A stretch of 64,000 nt of DNA from positions 26,091 through 90,090 of IMG/VR virus record IMGVR_UViG_3300048927_000308; one strand, given 5' to 3'. Below the pieces are notes generated by a model. That model saw nothing but the letters and a program-made list of their open reading frames with translations. It made no database searches and was not told the origin of the DNA. Positions 55,965 through 64,000 of this stretch are shown piece after piece (within the stretch, counting starts at the first letter, position 1; each line of letters begins with the position of its first letter). A program made the position numbers and the translations under genes. Source of the stretch: a virus.

Positions 55965-58944
55965 GTAGCTCCTTCACGCAGCCCAGCGCCAGCTCAAGCA
56001 GGCCATCATTATTGATGATAGACCTCGCGGCCATATCTTTATCGCGGTAAAGCTGAAGCGCCATAGAAAATACCTCCGTGCTGCTGCACTTCATCAGGCT
56101 TGGTTTCTCGGAAGAGATGCTGCCGGACGGGTTAACCTTGTTGTTCATGTAAATTTTCGAGACGTACTTACGGCTAAGAGACGTCCGGACAAAGTATTCT
56201 GGTTTCCGGCGGTTTCCTAAATTGCCGTAAGTTACAGAGGATGAGAGGCTTTTCGACTTCAGGAACGAGCGGGCCTTTTCCAGCAATGCCGGATTGGAAA
56301 ACTCCAGGTGGTGCCCTACTTCATGCCAAAGCACATGCACGTCGTCAGTGGAGCCATCCAGCACGATCTCCCCTCTTTCGTTAGCATACGCGCGCACACG
56401 ATCGGCATGTTCGATGCTCTTCAGCGTGCCGAGCTTCCCGCCGGTCAGCCGGTAGATGCTCTTCAGCTCACGCTTAATATCAATGGGCGCCCGCCACTCA
56501 TGCGGCCCACTGAATTTTTCCGCCAGCTGGTCATCCAGCTTCACGCCGGATACCCACGTTTCCGCCTGCTCTTCATCGACCGTTGATTGTTCGATCACAG
56601 CGTCAAAAGCTGCCTGCACCTTACCGTGGATTTTGTCTACCAGGCTCGGTGAAAGCCCATTTCTGAACGAGGCTACAATATCCATCAGGCGCAGCGCCCT
56701 GCTATCATTGTCGCCATATTGACTCGCAACGTTGCGCTGTAGAACACGCATCGAGTTATACAGGGATGTGTTTTTTTCGCTTATGGCGTCATAGAGATAC
56801 CGCCCCAGCTTTTCTTCGTCGTCGATTACCTTGTTGATCTCGGAGATGTAAAAATCCAGCAGGTAGCGAGTGTCATTATCCACCACATCCAGATCCAGCA
56901 CATACTCAAAATCTGCCTGCCAGCCCTCCGCCCTATTTTTGATGGCGATCGGCTTATTCAGGCCTGCTACCGCTGCAATATCCTTACCGGCAGCCATGAC
57001 GCCTGTAATATCGCGGGCGTCGTCGGTAATGGCCTTACTCATGGCCTGAAATGCCTTCATGACCTTCAGCGGGTTGTCAGCACGCGCCAGCGCCTTATCG
57101 AATTTCGCCAGGTAATTTGGTGCGATGCCTGAATGCTCATGAGCCCACGAAAGCGACGCAACTTTCAATTCGCTAAGCGTTAGATCATGGAATGAGGTGT
57201 GATCGCCGAAAAGCCGATCCAGACGGCTGATCACCATGCTAAGCGGCGCTATAGTACCGGTTGCTGCCAAAAACTCTTTGACGCGATAAGGCACCGCCTT
57301 ATCCCACTCCAGCGCAGGCGGCAATTCACGATTTCGTATCGCTGCTTTGATCGCTTCAAACGCCGGGGTGCTGTAAGTGGCCATGCGTTGCAGTGTCGGA
57401 AGTGCGTTCTTGCTGATACCCAGCTCCTGGACCCAGTTCAACACTTCACTTGGCATCAGGTTGAGGTAAAACCCCAGCGCCGCCACGGCATTATTATCGT
57501 CAGGCTCAGGTTTTGAAACGAGCTTAACCAGACTGATCAGGTCGTCAATGCCATTCGCGTTGCGCAGCAGCATGCCGATGTACGCCCCCATATTTAAGTA
57601 TTGACCACCAGCACCGACAGCCTCAAATAAGCCGCCAGTCATTCCCTGCATCCCTTCGCTTTCCAGTTGGTCAGACACTTGGCGGAGAATATCCTGAAGC
57701 GATACCTCACCGCCGCCGAACATATCCCCCAGCGCCTGACCCTGGTGCTGCAATTCTTCATTGATGCGCTGCGCCATCAGCTTAAACGCGGTGGCCATAC
57801 GTTTCGCGCTGCGGTTGTTTGCCACGATAAACAGCGCCAGCGCTTTTACCTCCGGCGTTGTCTCATTGAACATATCGCCCTGTGCGATCACGTCGCTGAT
57901 ATGCTGGCCAGACTCTTTCGCCTGCCGCACCAGGTCTACCGCATCTTTGAGCGCCGAAAGAGCCTTTTTATCCAGGGAATCGACAGTCTCAATACCATCA
58001 ACAAGGGTATTTACAGCCTGCTTATGCGCCTCCCCGGAGATGGCCTGCATTTGCACGAAGTCACTCGCGGCGGCGTTCAGGGCCGTCAGCACGTTACGCA
58101 TATCAGGATCCGGCTCTTCGGCCACCATGCGCACCAGGCGCGCATCTTTATACGCCTTCGCAAAAATAGCGTTCTGCACGCGGTCAACCAGCTGCCGGGT
58201 TGGCCGCCCGTCTTCCGTAACCAGTCCCGCCGCCTGCGTTGCGCCGACTTGCGTCATGAAGCCACGGATAAAGGCGTCATTGCTTCGACTAAGCAGATCA
58301 CCACTCTCGGACGGGTTAAATAGCGACATCATCCCTGGGGTGATGCTATCTGCGTCTACGAAGGCCTTTTCACTGGCTGCCATCTCCTGGAGATCAGAGA
58401 TATTAGAGTCTTTCGCAAACTGTACCCGGTCTACTTTCGTCAGGCGCCGGCGCACTAATACCGGTGCCGCCATCGAGGAAACTTTTTCCGGGCTCAGGCC
58501 ATAATCAGCGGCATGTTCGATCAGGTAGTCGCGATATTTATCGGCGATCCCGTCCTGGTAGGCCTTGATGATGCCCATTGTGCGGCCATTCCCCGACTCT
58601 ACAGCGTTGTCCTCACCGATAATCGGCGCGCCGTGGCTCGACAAACCTGAATCGGTTAGCTGCGCCGGGCGGAGGTCTTTGGAGATCTGGTTAACCTGTA
58701 AGAGGCTGGATGCGCGGGTACGATCGCGCGGTTGTAACTCTTGGGGGTACGCTGGATTTATTTTCCCGTCCAGCGTGTTGGAAACGAGGAGCGCGGCGGC
58801 ATCAACAATGTCAAAAGCCGTTTTTACCTCATCGCCTTTCGCCGTCACCACATAGGAAACCCGCCCGAATTCGGGCAGGTTCTTCAGCAGTTCAATCAGC
58901 GTGATCATGCTGGTGGCCATGGCCACCTGTTCGCGTAAGCTCAT
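55948..58944 (-). CDS. ddrB: DdrB (ParB-like N-terminus, HExxH C-terminus)
   Basis: YPQELQPRDR, ESGNGRT, WHEVGHH. Confidence 0.9.
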   Translation of the reverse strand: MSLREQVAMATSMITLIELLKNLPEFGRVSYVVTAKGDEVKTAFDIVDAAALLVSNTLDGKINPAYPQELQPRDRTRASSLLQVNQISKDLRPAQLTDSGLSSHGAPIIGEDNAVESGNGRTMGIIKAYQDGIADKYRDYLIEHAADYGLSPEKVSSMAAPVLVRRRLTKVDRVQFAKDSNISDLQEMAASEKAFVDADSITPGMMSLFNPSESGDLLSRSNDAFIRGFMTQVGATQAAGLVTEDGRPTRQLVDRVQNAIFAKAYKDARLVRMVAEEPDPDMRNVLTALNAAASDFVQMQAISGEAHKQAVNTLVDGIETVDSLDKKALSALKDAVDLVRQAKESGQHISDVIAQGDMFNETTPEVKALALFIVANNRSAKRMATAFKLMAQRINEELQHQGQALGDMFGGGEVSLQDILRQVSDQLESEGMQGMTGGLFEAVGAGGQYLNMGAYIGMLLRNANGIDDLISLVKLVSKPEPDDNNAVAALGFYLNLMPSEVLNWVQELGISKNALPTLQRMATYSTPAFEAIKAAIRNRELPPALEWDKAVPYRVKEFLAATGTIAPLSMVISRLDRLFGDHTSFHDLTLSELKVASLSWAHEHSGIAPNYLAKFDKALARADNPLKVMKAFQAMSKAITDDARDITGVMAAGKDIAAVAGLNKPIAIKNRAEGWQADFEYVLDLDVVDNDTRYLLDFYISEINKVIDDEEKLGRYLYDAISEKNTSLYNSMRVLQRNVASQYGDNDSRALRLMDIVASFRNGLSPSLVDKIHGKVQAAFDAVIEQSTVDEEQAETWVSGVKLDDQLAEKFSGPHEWRAPIDIKRELKSIYRLTGGKLGTLKSIEHADRVRAYANERGEIVLDGSTDDVHVLWHEVGHHLEFSNPALLEKARSFLKSKSLSSSVTYGNLGNRRKPEYFVRTSLSRKYVSKIYMNNKVNPSGSISSEKPSLMKCSSTEVFSMALQLYRDKDMAARSIINNDGLLELALGCVKELHDGNH

Positions 58945-58956
58945 CCCTGCGTCGCC

Positions 58957-59316
58957 TTATGCTGCCTCTTGCACGTTGGCGTCAATCCATGACGCCGTGT
59001 GTTGTTTAACCTGGTCCAGATCGATATAAGTGCCAACGTACTGGCTCAGGTCCTGGAGCGTACTGATAAACGCTTCAGAGTTTTGCTTCAGGAATTTATC
59101 CGCCAGAAAATCGGCAACCAGCTGCGGCACGTTGTCGGTCGGCGGCAGTTCTTCCGGATTAGCGCCGGTGGCGGCGCCGTATCCCATCTGCTGCATTACC
59201 TGATCAATCTCATCACTGACATCCAGCAGATCCAGCCCGGTCGCGGTCGCCGCCTTTGACATGAGCTCATCGAGCTTGTCACTCAGATCCATCAATTCAA
59301 GCGCGGAGAGCTTCAT
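58957..59316 (-). CDS. ddrA: DdrA
   Basis: LSALELMDLSDKLDELM; synteny. Confidence 0.85.
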   Translation of the reverse strand: MKLSALELMDLSDKLDELMSKAATATGLDLLDVSDEIDQVMQQMGYGAATGANPEELPPTDNVPQLVADFLADKFLKQNSEAFISTLQDLSQYVGTYIDLDQVKQHTASWIDANVQEAA

Positions 59317-61319
59317 GCATTTGCCCCCTGTTTCTGAATGGCTACCAGCAGATCAGCAAGATGACGCGCAGCAGCGTTCACCAGCTCCTCGTTTTCGTCA
59401 AAGCGGCCTGCGGCCTGAAGCGCAGCGATTGCCTCGCGAACGCTACTACGCGCGTTGCGAATTTCCAGCATATCGCTGCTCTGCATGCTGCTAATGCTAT
59501 TCAAATAGTCGATCGCTTGATTGGCGGCTTTGTCCGCTTCGCTAATCTCTGGTTCCGGTGTCGGCTCCGGTGTCGGCTCCGGCTCCGGTTCTGGCGCTGG
59601 TGCCGGTTCTGGCTGCGGCTCTGGCTCAGGTGCCGGCGCGTTATCAGCAACCTCCTGCTCAAGCGCGGCGATCATGCTCTGCACCAGTTTTTCGGTGCCT
59701 TCTCCCTGCGGGTAAGCGATGTTGGGGAAGGTTTTCTGGAAATTCATCTTCAGCGTCGCGCGGAAGTCTTTAGGCGCGCTGGTGGCCATCTCCAGGTATT
59801 GCTGCGCATATTTGCTGAACGGGCCGCTGGCCAGCGTTTTAGCGAGGAAGTCAAAGGACTGTTCACCCGGTAACAATTTCAGGTCAAAGTTGCGCATCTG
59901 CTCATCAGAAAGCGGTTCATCGTATGTAATGATGCCGTGGCGGGCATAAGCATAATACGGATCATCAGCGTCAGGGCGCGGCAGGATACCGGCATTGTCC
60001 GGCGGCACTGCGCCGACGCCAGCAGGGCGCATTTGAAGCGCGTAACGATACTTGCCGCCTTCAGGCGAAGGCGTCGGTTCCGGGGCTGGCTCAGGCTCCG
60101 GAGCGGGTTCAGGTGTCGGCTCTGGCGCGGGCACAGGTTCAGGCGCCGGTACAGGGGCGGGTTCTGGCTCATTGGGAACAAGGTATTGCTCGGCCTTGCC
60201 CGCCTTGTAGGCCTTAAACAGTTTGCCGATCGCCGCCTCAAGGTGTACGCCCTGAATAGACTCAGCCTGTATCTGATAGCGGCTGCCGTCAGGATCCGTC
60301 AGCTGGATATAACCCTCGCCGTCAACAATGCCCTGCCGCATCTCTGCGCCATTGCTCAGTGTTACGCGACCATCCATGTGCATGCGGTTTTTGATACTGG
60401 CGAGGCGGTCCGTCAGCGCACGCGCATGGCCACCCGTCACTGCGACGGGAGTATCATCACCCCGCCCGCCAGTGCGGTTAAGCTCGTCAATCTCGGCCTG
60501 AAGCCGCTCATTTTCTTCAATAAGCTGGTCTGCCTGCGCGGAGACGGCGTTTACCTGCTGTTCAAGGTCCGCGCCCTGGCTTTGAACAGTTGTTGCCTGC
60601 TCAGCAAGCTCGCTCAGTGCATCCTCTTTCTGATCGCTATCGGCCTGAAGCTGGTTGATCTCGTCAACGAGAGCCTTTTTCTTTTTCTGCGCACGTTGGA
60701 ATTTGGCAGTATTTTTCTCCGCCAGGTTGGCCAGCTTCATTGTGACTTGCGCCAGCGTCATATCACGTCCGCTCATCGGCGCGACGGTATGGGTAACGTC
60801 TTTTTTGTTTAAAAGAAACTGGAAGGCTACCAACGTGTCGGTATTGGTGATCTTCTTATCCGCCGTTGGGCTGTGAAACAGGACGCTGATTGTCTGACCG
60901 TCGCTCAGTGGGATAAGGGCCGGGAGGACCGGCAGGCCATTCACATTACGAGCCCGGCCAACTTCAGCACCGCCAATTTCCCGCGTGCCGCTCTGTGGGA
61001 CGTCGCCGGTTTTATCGCTTCCGGCGGTGATGCTGGTGCCTTTCAGCTTCTGGTTCAGCGTGCGGATAAACGCGCGCATAGTGCGGCTCAGTTGCAACCG
61101 TGTAGACGTGATTGCTTCCAGCAACTCGCCCGTTTGCCAGTGGATCGGTGCATCATAGAAAAAAGTGGCTTCCAGCTCTTCCATGGAGTTCGCCTCAGTC
61201 ATCAGAAAGCGGCTTTCACCTTCCATCAGTGCGCGATACTCGTCATCAGTAATTGGCAGCGGGAGAACATCTAAACCCGGCTTGATGGTCACTGCCTTGT
61301 GAATATTAAAAACGTCCAT
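59313..61319 (-). CDS. darA: DarA antirestriction protein
   Basis: LSDGQTISVLFHSPT, YRYALQMRP. Confidence 0.9.
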   Translation of the reverse strand: MDVFNIHKAVTIKPGLDVLPLPITDDEYRALMEGESRFLMTEANSMEELEATFFYDAPIHWQTGELLEAITSTRLQLSRTMRAFIRTLNQKLKGTSITAGSDKTGDVPQSGTREIGGAEVGRARNVNGLPVLPALIPLSDGQTISVLFHSPTADKKITNTDTLVAFQFLLNKKDVTHTVAPMSGRDMTLAQVTMKLANLAEKNTAKFQRAQKKKKALVDEINQLQADSDQKEDALSELAEQATTVQSQGADLEQQVNAVSAQADQLIEENERLQAEIDELNRTGGRGDDTPVAVTGGHARALTDRLASIKNRMHMDGRVTLSNGAEMRQGIVDGEGYIQLTDPDGSRYQIQAESIQGVHLEAAIGKLFKAYKAGKAEQYLVPNEPEPAPVPAPEPVPAPEPTPEPAPEPEPAPEPTPSPEGGKYRYALQMRPAGVGAVPPDNAGILPRPDADDPYYAYARHGIITYDEPLSDEQMRNFDLKLLPGEQSFDFLAKTLASGPFSKYAQQYLEMATSAPKDFRATLKMNFQKTFPNIAYPQGEGTEKLVQSMIAALEQEVADNAPAPEPEPQPEPAPAPEPEPEPTPEPTPEPEISEADKAANQAIDYLNSISSMQSSDMLEIRNARSSVREAIAALQAAGRFDENEELVNAAARHLADLLVAIQKQGANA

Positions 61320-61320
61320 A

Positions 61321-61923
61321 TTATTTCCCTGTCCTCAGCTGTTTAAGGCGCGTTTTCAGCTCAGTATTTTTGGCTTTCGCGTTGTTCAGCCGCGCCGTTT
61401 CTTTATCCATTCGCCCGCGAAGATCGGTTATGACCTGCTGGCTCACCGCAACATGGTTTTGAATGGAGCGGTAATTCTGCGTCAGCTGCGCATTACGATC
61501 TTTTGCCTCCTGAAGCTGCTGGAAGCTGGATTTTACTGCGGGTTTTTTATCGACAGGGTTGGCTACGCGCTTGGCTTTTGCGGCCAGCGACTTCCGGAAC
61601 TTCACCGAATTGTTTTGCACTGCGCGGCCCATGACGGTGCCCAGCGTTTTAACGTCCGGCGACTGCGCATTTGGGATTACTCGCCCGTTCAGCTTAACGG
61701 ATGAGATGTCGCCAGTATCGTTAACCTGAATACTAAGCAGCTGGCCGTCCTGCAAAACGAGCTTTGCTGTTTTTACCTTCACTCCGTCCTTAGTCGTAGC
61801 GCGGTTACTGGAATCAACTTCCAGCACCGTAGCACCCGTTTTGTTTATCGCGGCGATAAGGCTTTTAAGACCCTTCTCGTTAACTTGGTCAAAATCGACC
61901 GTTGCGTATTTATTCCCGGCCAT
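61321..61923 (-). CDS. hdf: Hdf
   Basis: YATVDFDQVNEKGLK; synteny. Confidence 0.88.
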   Translation of the reverse strand: MAGNKYATVDFDQVNEKGLKSLIAAINKTGATVLEVDSSNRATTKDGVKVKTAKLVLQDGQLLSIQVNDTGDISSVKLNGRVIPNAQSPDVKTLGTVMGRAVQNNSVKFRKSLAAKAKRVANPVDKKPAVKSSFQQLQEAKDRNAQLTQNYRSIQNHVAVSQQVITDLRGRMDKETARLNNAKAKNTELKTRLKQLRTGK

Positions 61924-62353
61924 TGTTCACGTCCTGTGAAAAAGTAAGAAGGTAAGAGCGTTGGGCACGCTGCACGATAGGGAAGATGCGATAAAGAGGA
62001 TTGATAAACGAGTCGCCATGCGTGACAGTAGCCGTCAGGATCCACTTGCCGCTCTTTTTATCCATGCACGCGGTCGGTATAAACAGCCATTCGCTGTTTT
62101 GCCCTTTTTCGGCGTGCGCCAGGTGCCGTGGCTCCCCTTCTATCACCGTTGTCGGTTTCCGTGCATCCTGCATCCAATAGCTGACAGTAGCGCCCCGTAA
62201 AAACGGGAATTTGCTGGTGTAAGCGATAGGTACGCGGATAAATCCATCCAGATATTCGACTTCCCCTAACTCGATGTCAGCCACGTCGCTCCGTTTTAGA
62301 AGGCAGCGGTCCGCAACAGCCATGACGACAGCGCCGACAATGAGACTGATCAT
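61910..62353 (-). CDS. lydB: LydB antiholin
   Basis: ADR.LLKR..FIRVP..KFPFLRGATV. Confidence 0.85.
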   Translation of the reverse strand: MISLIVGAVVMAVADRCLLKRSDVADIELGEVEYLDGFIRVPIAYTSKFPFLRGATVSYWMQDARKPTTVIEGEPRHLAHAEKGQNSEWLFIPTACMDKKSGKWILTATVTHGDSFINPLYRIFPIVQRAQRSYLLTFSQDVNNGRE

Positions 62354-62679
62354 TTACCCCCTCCTTTTTTCAACATATTTACTAATCCATTCAAAAACAT
62401 ATCGACATTGATCCGTTTCATCCCTGAGACAACCTCGTGACCGTTATTGCTGGCGATAGTCACCGCAAGATACGTTACCGAGGGATCCCAATTGCTGTGT
62501 CGGCCCCACAAATACGCTATTGCTCCAGCTGTAATCGCGACAAAAATTTCAGTTACTAACCCCAGAAAATTCCCCGTCTGGCGACCGGCGCGCACATCCA
62601 TCAGGAAAGTGCCGGTCCCGCTCGTAACAGATAGCAGGAGCGCAACAGCGACTTGGGCCACTTCCTGTGTGTAAATCAC
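62350..62679 (-). CDS. lydA: LydA holin
   Basis: 109 aa, several TM helices, upstream of lydB. Confidence 0.85.
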   Translation of the reverse strand: MIYTQEVAQVAVALLLSVTSGTGTFLMDVRAGRQTGNFLGLVTEIFVAITAGAIAYLWGRHSNWDPSVTYLAVTIASNNGHEVVSGMKRINVDMFLNGLVNMLKKGGGK

Positions 62680-62708
62680 ATACTCACCTCGCGCTATGCC
62701 TGCTATGG

Positions 62709-62727
62709 ATGTTAGTGAAAGTGCTTT
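62709..62727 (-). promoter_or_regulatory. late promoter for lyd-dar operon
   Basis: AAAGCACTT-4-TAACAT. Confidence 0.55.
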
Positions 62728-62772
62728 CTGGAAAGGTAAGTGAAAATTTTGAGGGTTAAGTTGGAGCGAAAA

Positions 62773-63438
62773 TTAAGACTGCGATTTAGGTCCAGATTCC
62801 TCCAGCGCCTGCTCCCAAACCGTCCGTTCATTGTGATATTGTTCATCCGCCATATCAGTGAGTGATTCACTAATTCTTTCGTCAGAAAATTTCCAAACCG
62901 GGAAATATTTGTAAATTGTTTTAGGGGAAACGTCGTAGATTAACGCCAGCTGGCTGCGGCTATGGCCTTTCATTATGAGCCTTTCACCTTGGGCGATGAG
63001 GTCAGGGGTCATTTTTGGACGTCGCCCGCCAATCCGGCCTTTAGACCTGGCGACTTCCAGCCCCGCGCGAGTACGTTCCACAATCAACTCACGTTCCATC
63101 TCCGCAAGCGCGCCCATTACGTGGAAAAAGAACCTGCCCATATGGGTAGAAGTGTCTATCGAATCAGTAAGACTTCTAAAGTGTGCCCCGCGAGCGCGAA
63201 CCTCATCTATAAGTGTAATGAGATTTTTCATCGAGCGCCCCAAGCGGTCAAGCTTCCAAACAACAAGCGTGTCGCCTTCTTTGAGATGCTTCAGCGCGCG
63301 CTTCAGGCCTGGACGATGCGCCTTTGTGCCGCTCATTTTATCTTCAAAAATAAGTTCGCAATTTGAGCGTTCCAGCGCTTCACGCTGTAATTGGGTATTT
63401 TGTTCAATTGTTGACACCCTTACGTAGCCAATTTTCAA
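62773..63438 (-). CDS. cin: serine DNA invertase (Cin/Min family)
   Basis: IGYVRVST, LVVWKLDRLGRS, ERTRAGL..GRIGGRRP. Confidence 0.92.
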   Translation of the reverse strand: MKIGYVRVSTIEQNTQLQREALERSNCELIFEDKMSGTKAHRPGLKRALKHLKEGDTLVVWKLDRLGRSMKNLITLIDEVRARGAHFRSLTDSIDTSTHMGRFFFHVMGALAEMERELIVERTRAGLEVARSKGRIGGRRPKMTPDLIAQGERLIMKGHSRSQLALIYDVSPKTIYKYFPVWKFSDERISESLTDMADEQYHNERTVWEQALEESGPKSQS

Positions 63439-63520
63439 GCGATTTTCTCCATTTTTAGATTGTCAATAGTTGGTGAATTAGCGCTATTCTGTCAGATGGA
63501 ACATGTGGCGGCGAGAATGA

Positions 63521-63548
63521 AAAGGTTCGTTTGGGGGATGCGGCAAAA
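63521..63548 (+). repeat. invertase crossover site, copy 1
   Basis: AAAGGTTCGTTTGGGGGATGCGGCAAAA. Confidence 0.7.
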
Positions 63549-63893
63549 AGGGGGGTTGGAACGGCAGCAAACCAGCTGCCTGACATGAGTTTTTTCGCTA
63601 ACTCCTTTATCGGGGTAAGTGGTTATTGCAAACTTCCAAACGGTGTAATCATCCAATGCGCAGGTGTTAACGGAATACCGGCTGGCGGATCGCTTGAAGT
63701 AACGTACCCCATCACTTTCCCTAACGCGATGATGTTTGTGATCGCAGCTCCCGCTATTGCCTCCAATGGAACGACACCAATATCCATTGCTATAGATGCA
63801 TCTTCTGTAAGTGACGCTAAAAAATCAATTTTTCTTAGGAACATTTCAACAGTCAATAATGGTGGAACGCGGCTATTAGCGATAGGGAGATAG
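63522..63893 (+). CDS. silent variable tail-fibre tip cassette 1
   Basis: Frame starts at crossover (KVRLGDAAK); GYCKLPNGVIIQ..VTYPITFPN. Confidence 0.75.
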   Translation, partial: KVRLGDAAKRGVGTAANQLPDMSFFANSFIGVSGYCKLPNGVIIQCAGVNGIPAGGSLEVTYPITFPNAMMFVIAAPAIASNGTTPISIAIDASSVSDAKKSIFLRNISTVNNGGTRLLAIGR

Positions 63894-63896
63894 TTA

Positions 63897-63924
63897 AAAC
63901 GTTCGTTTGGGGGAAGCAGCAAAA
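63897..63924 (+). repeat. invertase crossover site, copy 2
   Basis: AAACGTTCGTTTGGGGGAAGCAGCAAAA. Confidence 0.7.
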
Positions 63925-64000
63925 CTTGCAGCGGCAACGGGATCGCTCACGGGTAATGGATGGACAAAAATTCCCTTAACAGCTGAGCGTGAATTAATAA
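63898..64000 (+). CDS. variable tail-fibre tip cassette 2 (partial)
   Basis: NVRLGEAAKLAAATGSLTGNGWTKIPL.. Confidence 0.65.

Overview
A 64 kb segment of a P1-like phage-plasmid from an enterobacterium; the host cannot be determined from this window. Recognisable P1 orthologs, left to right: the 3' end of a Dam-family methylase, ban (DnaB), tail/baseplate genes 5-6-24-7-25-26, mat, ref, cre, a canonical loxP, coi, c1, pacB-pacA (with the GATC-rich pac site), lpa, pdcB, a humD-like gene, pmgS-R-Q, ppp, pmgP-M, lxc, ulx, darB, prt, pro, lydD, lyz, ssb, hxr, ddrB, ddrA, darA, hdf, lydB, lydA, a Cin-like invertase and the start of a multi-cassette tail-fibre shufflon. About 15 C1 operators, 5 Lpa-type late promoters and 2 LexA boxes are visible. 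Relative to P1, the mat-to-pmgL block appears inverted, res/mod and phd/doc are missing from their usual positions, and cargo is added (higBA, a DUF2829/Tad2-like protein, an MmcB-like nuclease, an HTH + FinO/ProQ module and AT-rich morons). The least-explained layer is RNA-based: (i) a predicted ~68-nt sRNA whose 5' end is complementary to an 11-mer repeated at the starts of five other genes; (ii) an orphan C4-type antisense RNA with its own target, inserted in the tail operon; (iii) a predicted counter-transcript over the HTH-FinO module; (iv) a tRNA-like, highly structured coi-c1 leader. The pmgO/P/Q genes look like a glycosyltransferase cassette. All family assignments come from recalled motifs and synteny, not from database searches.
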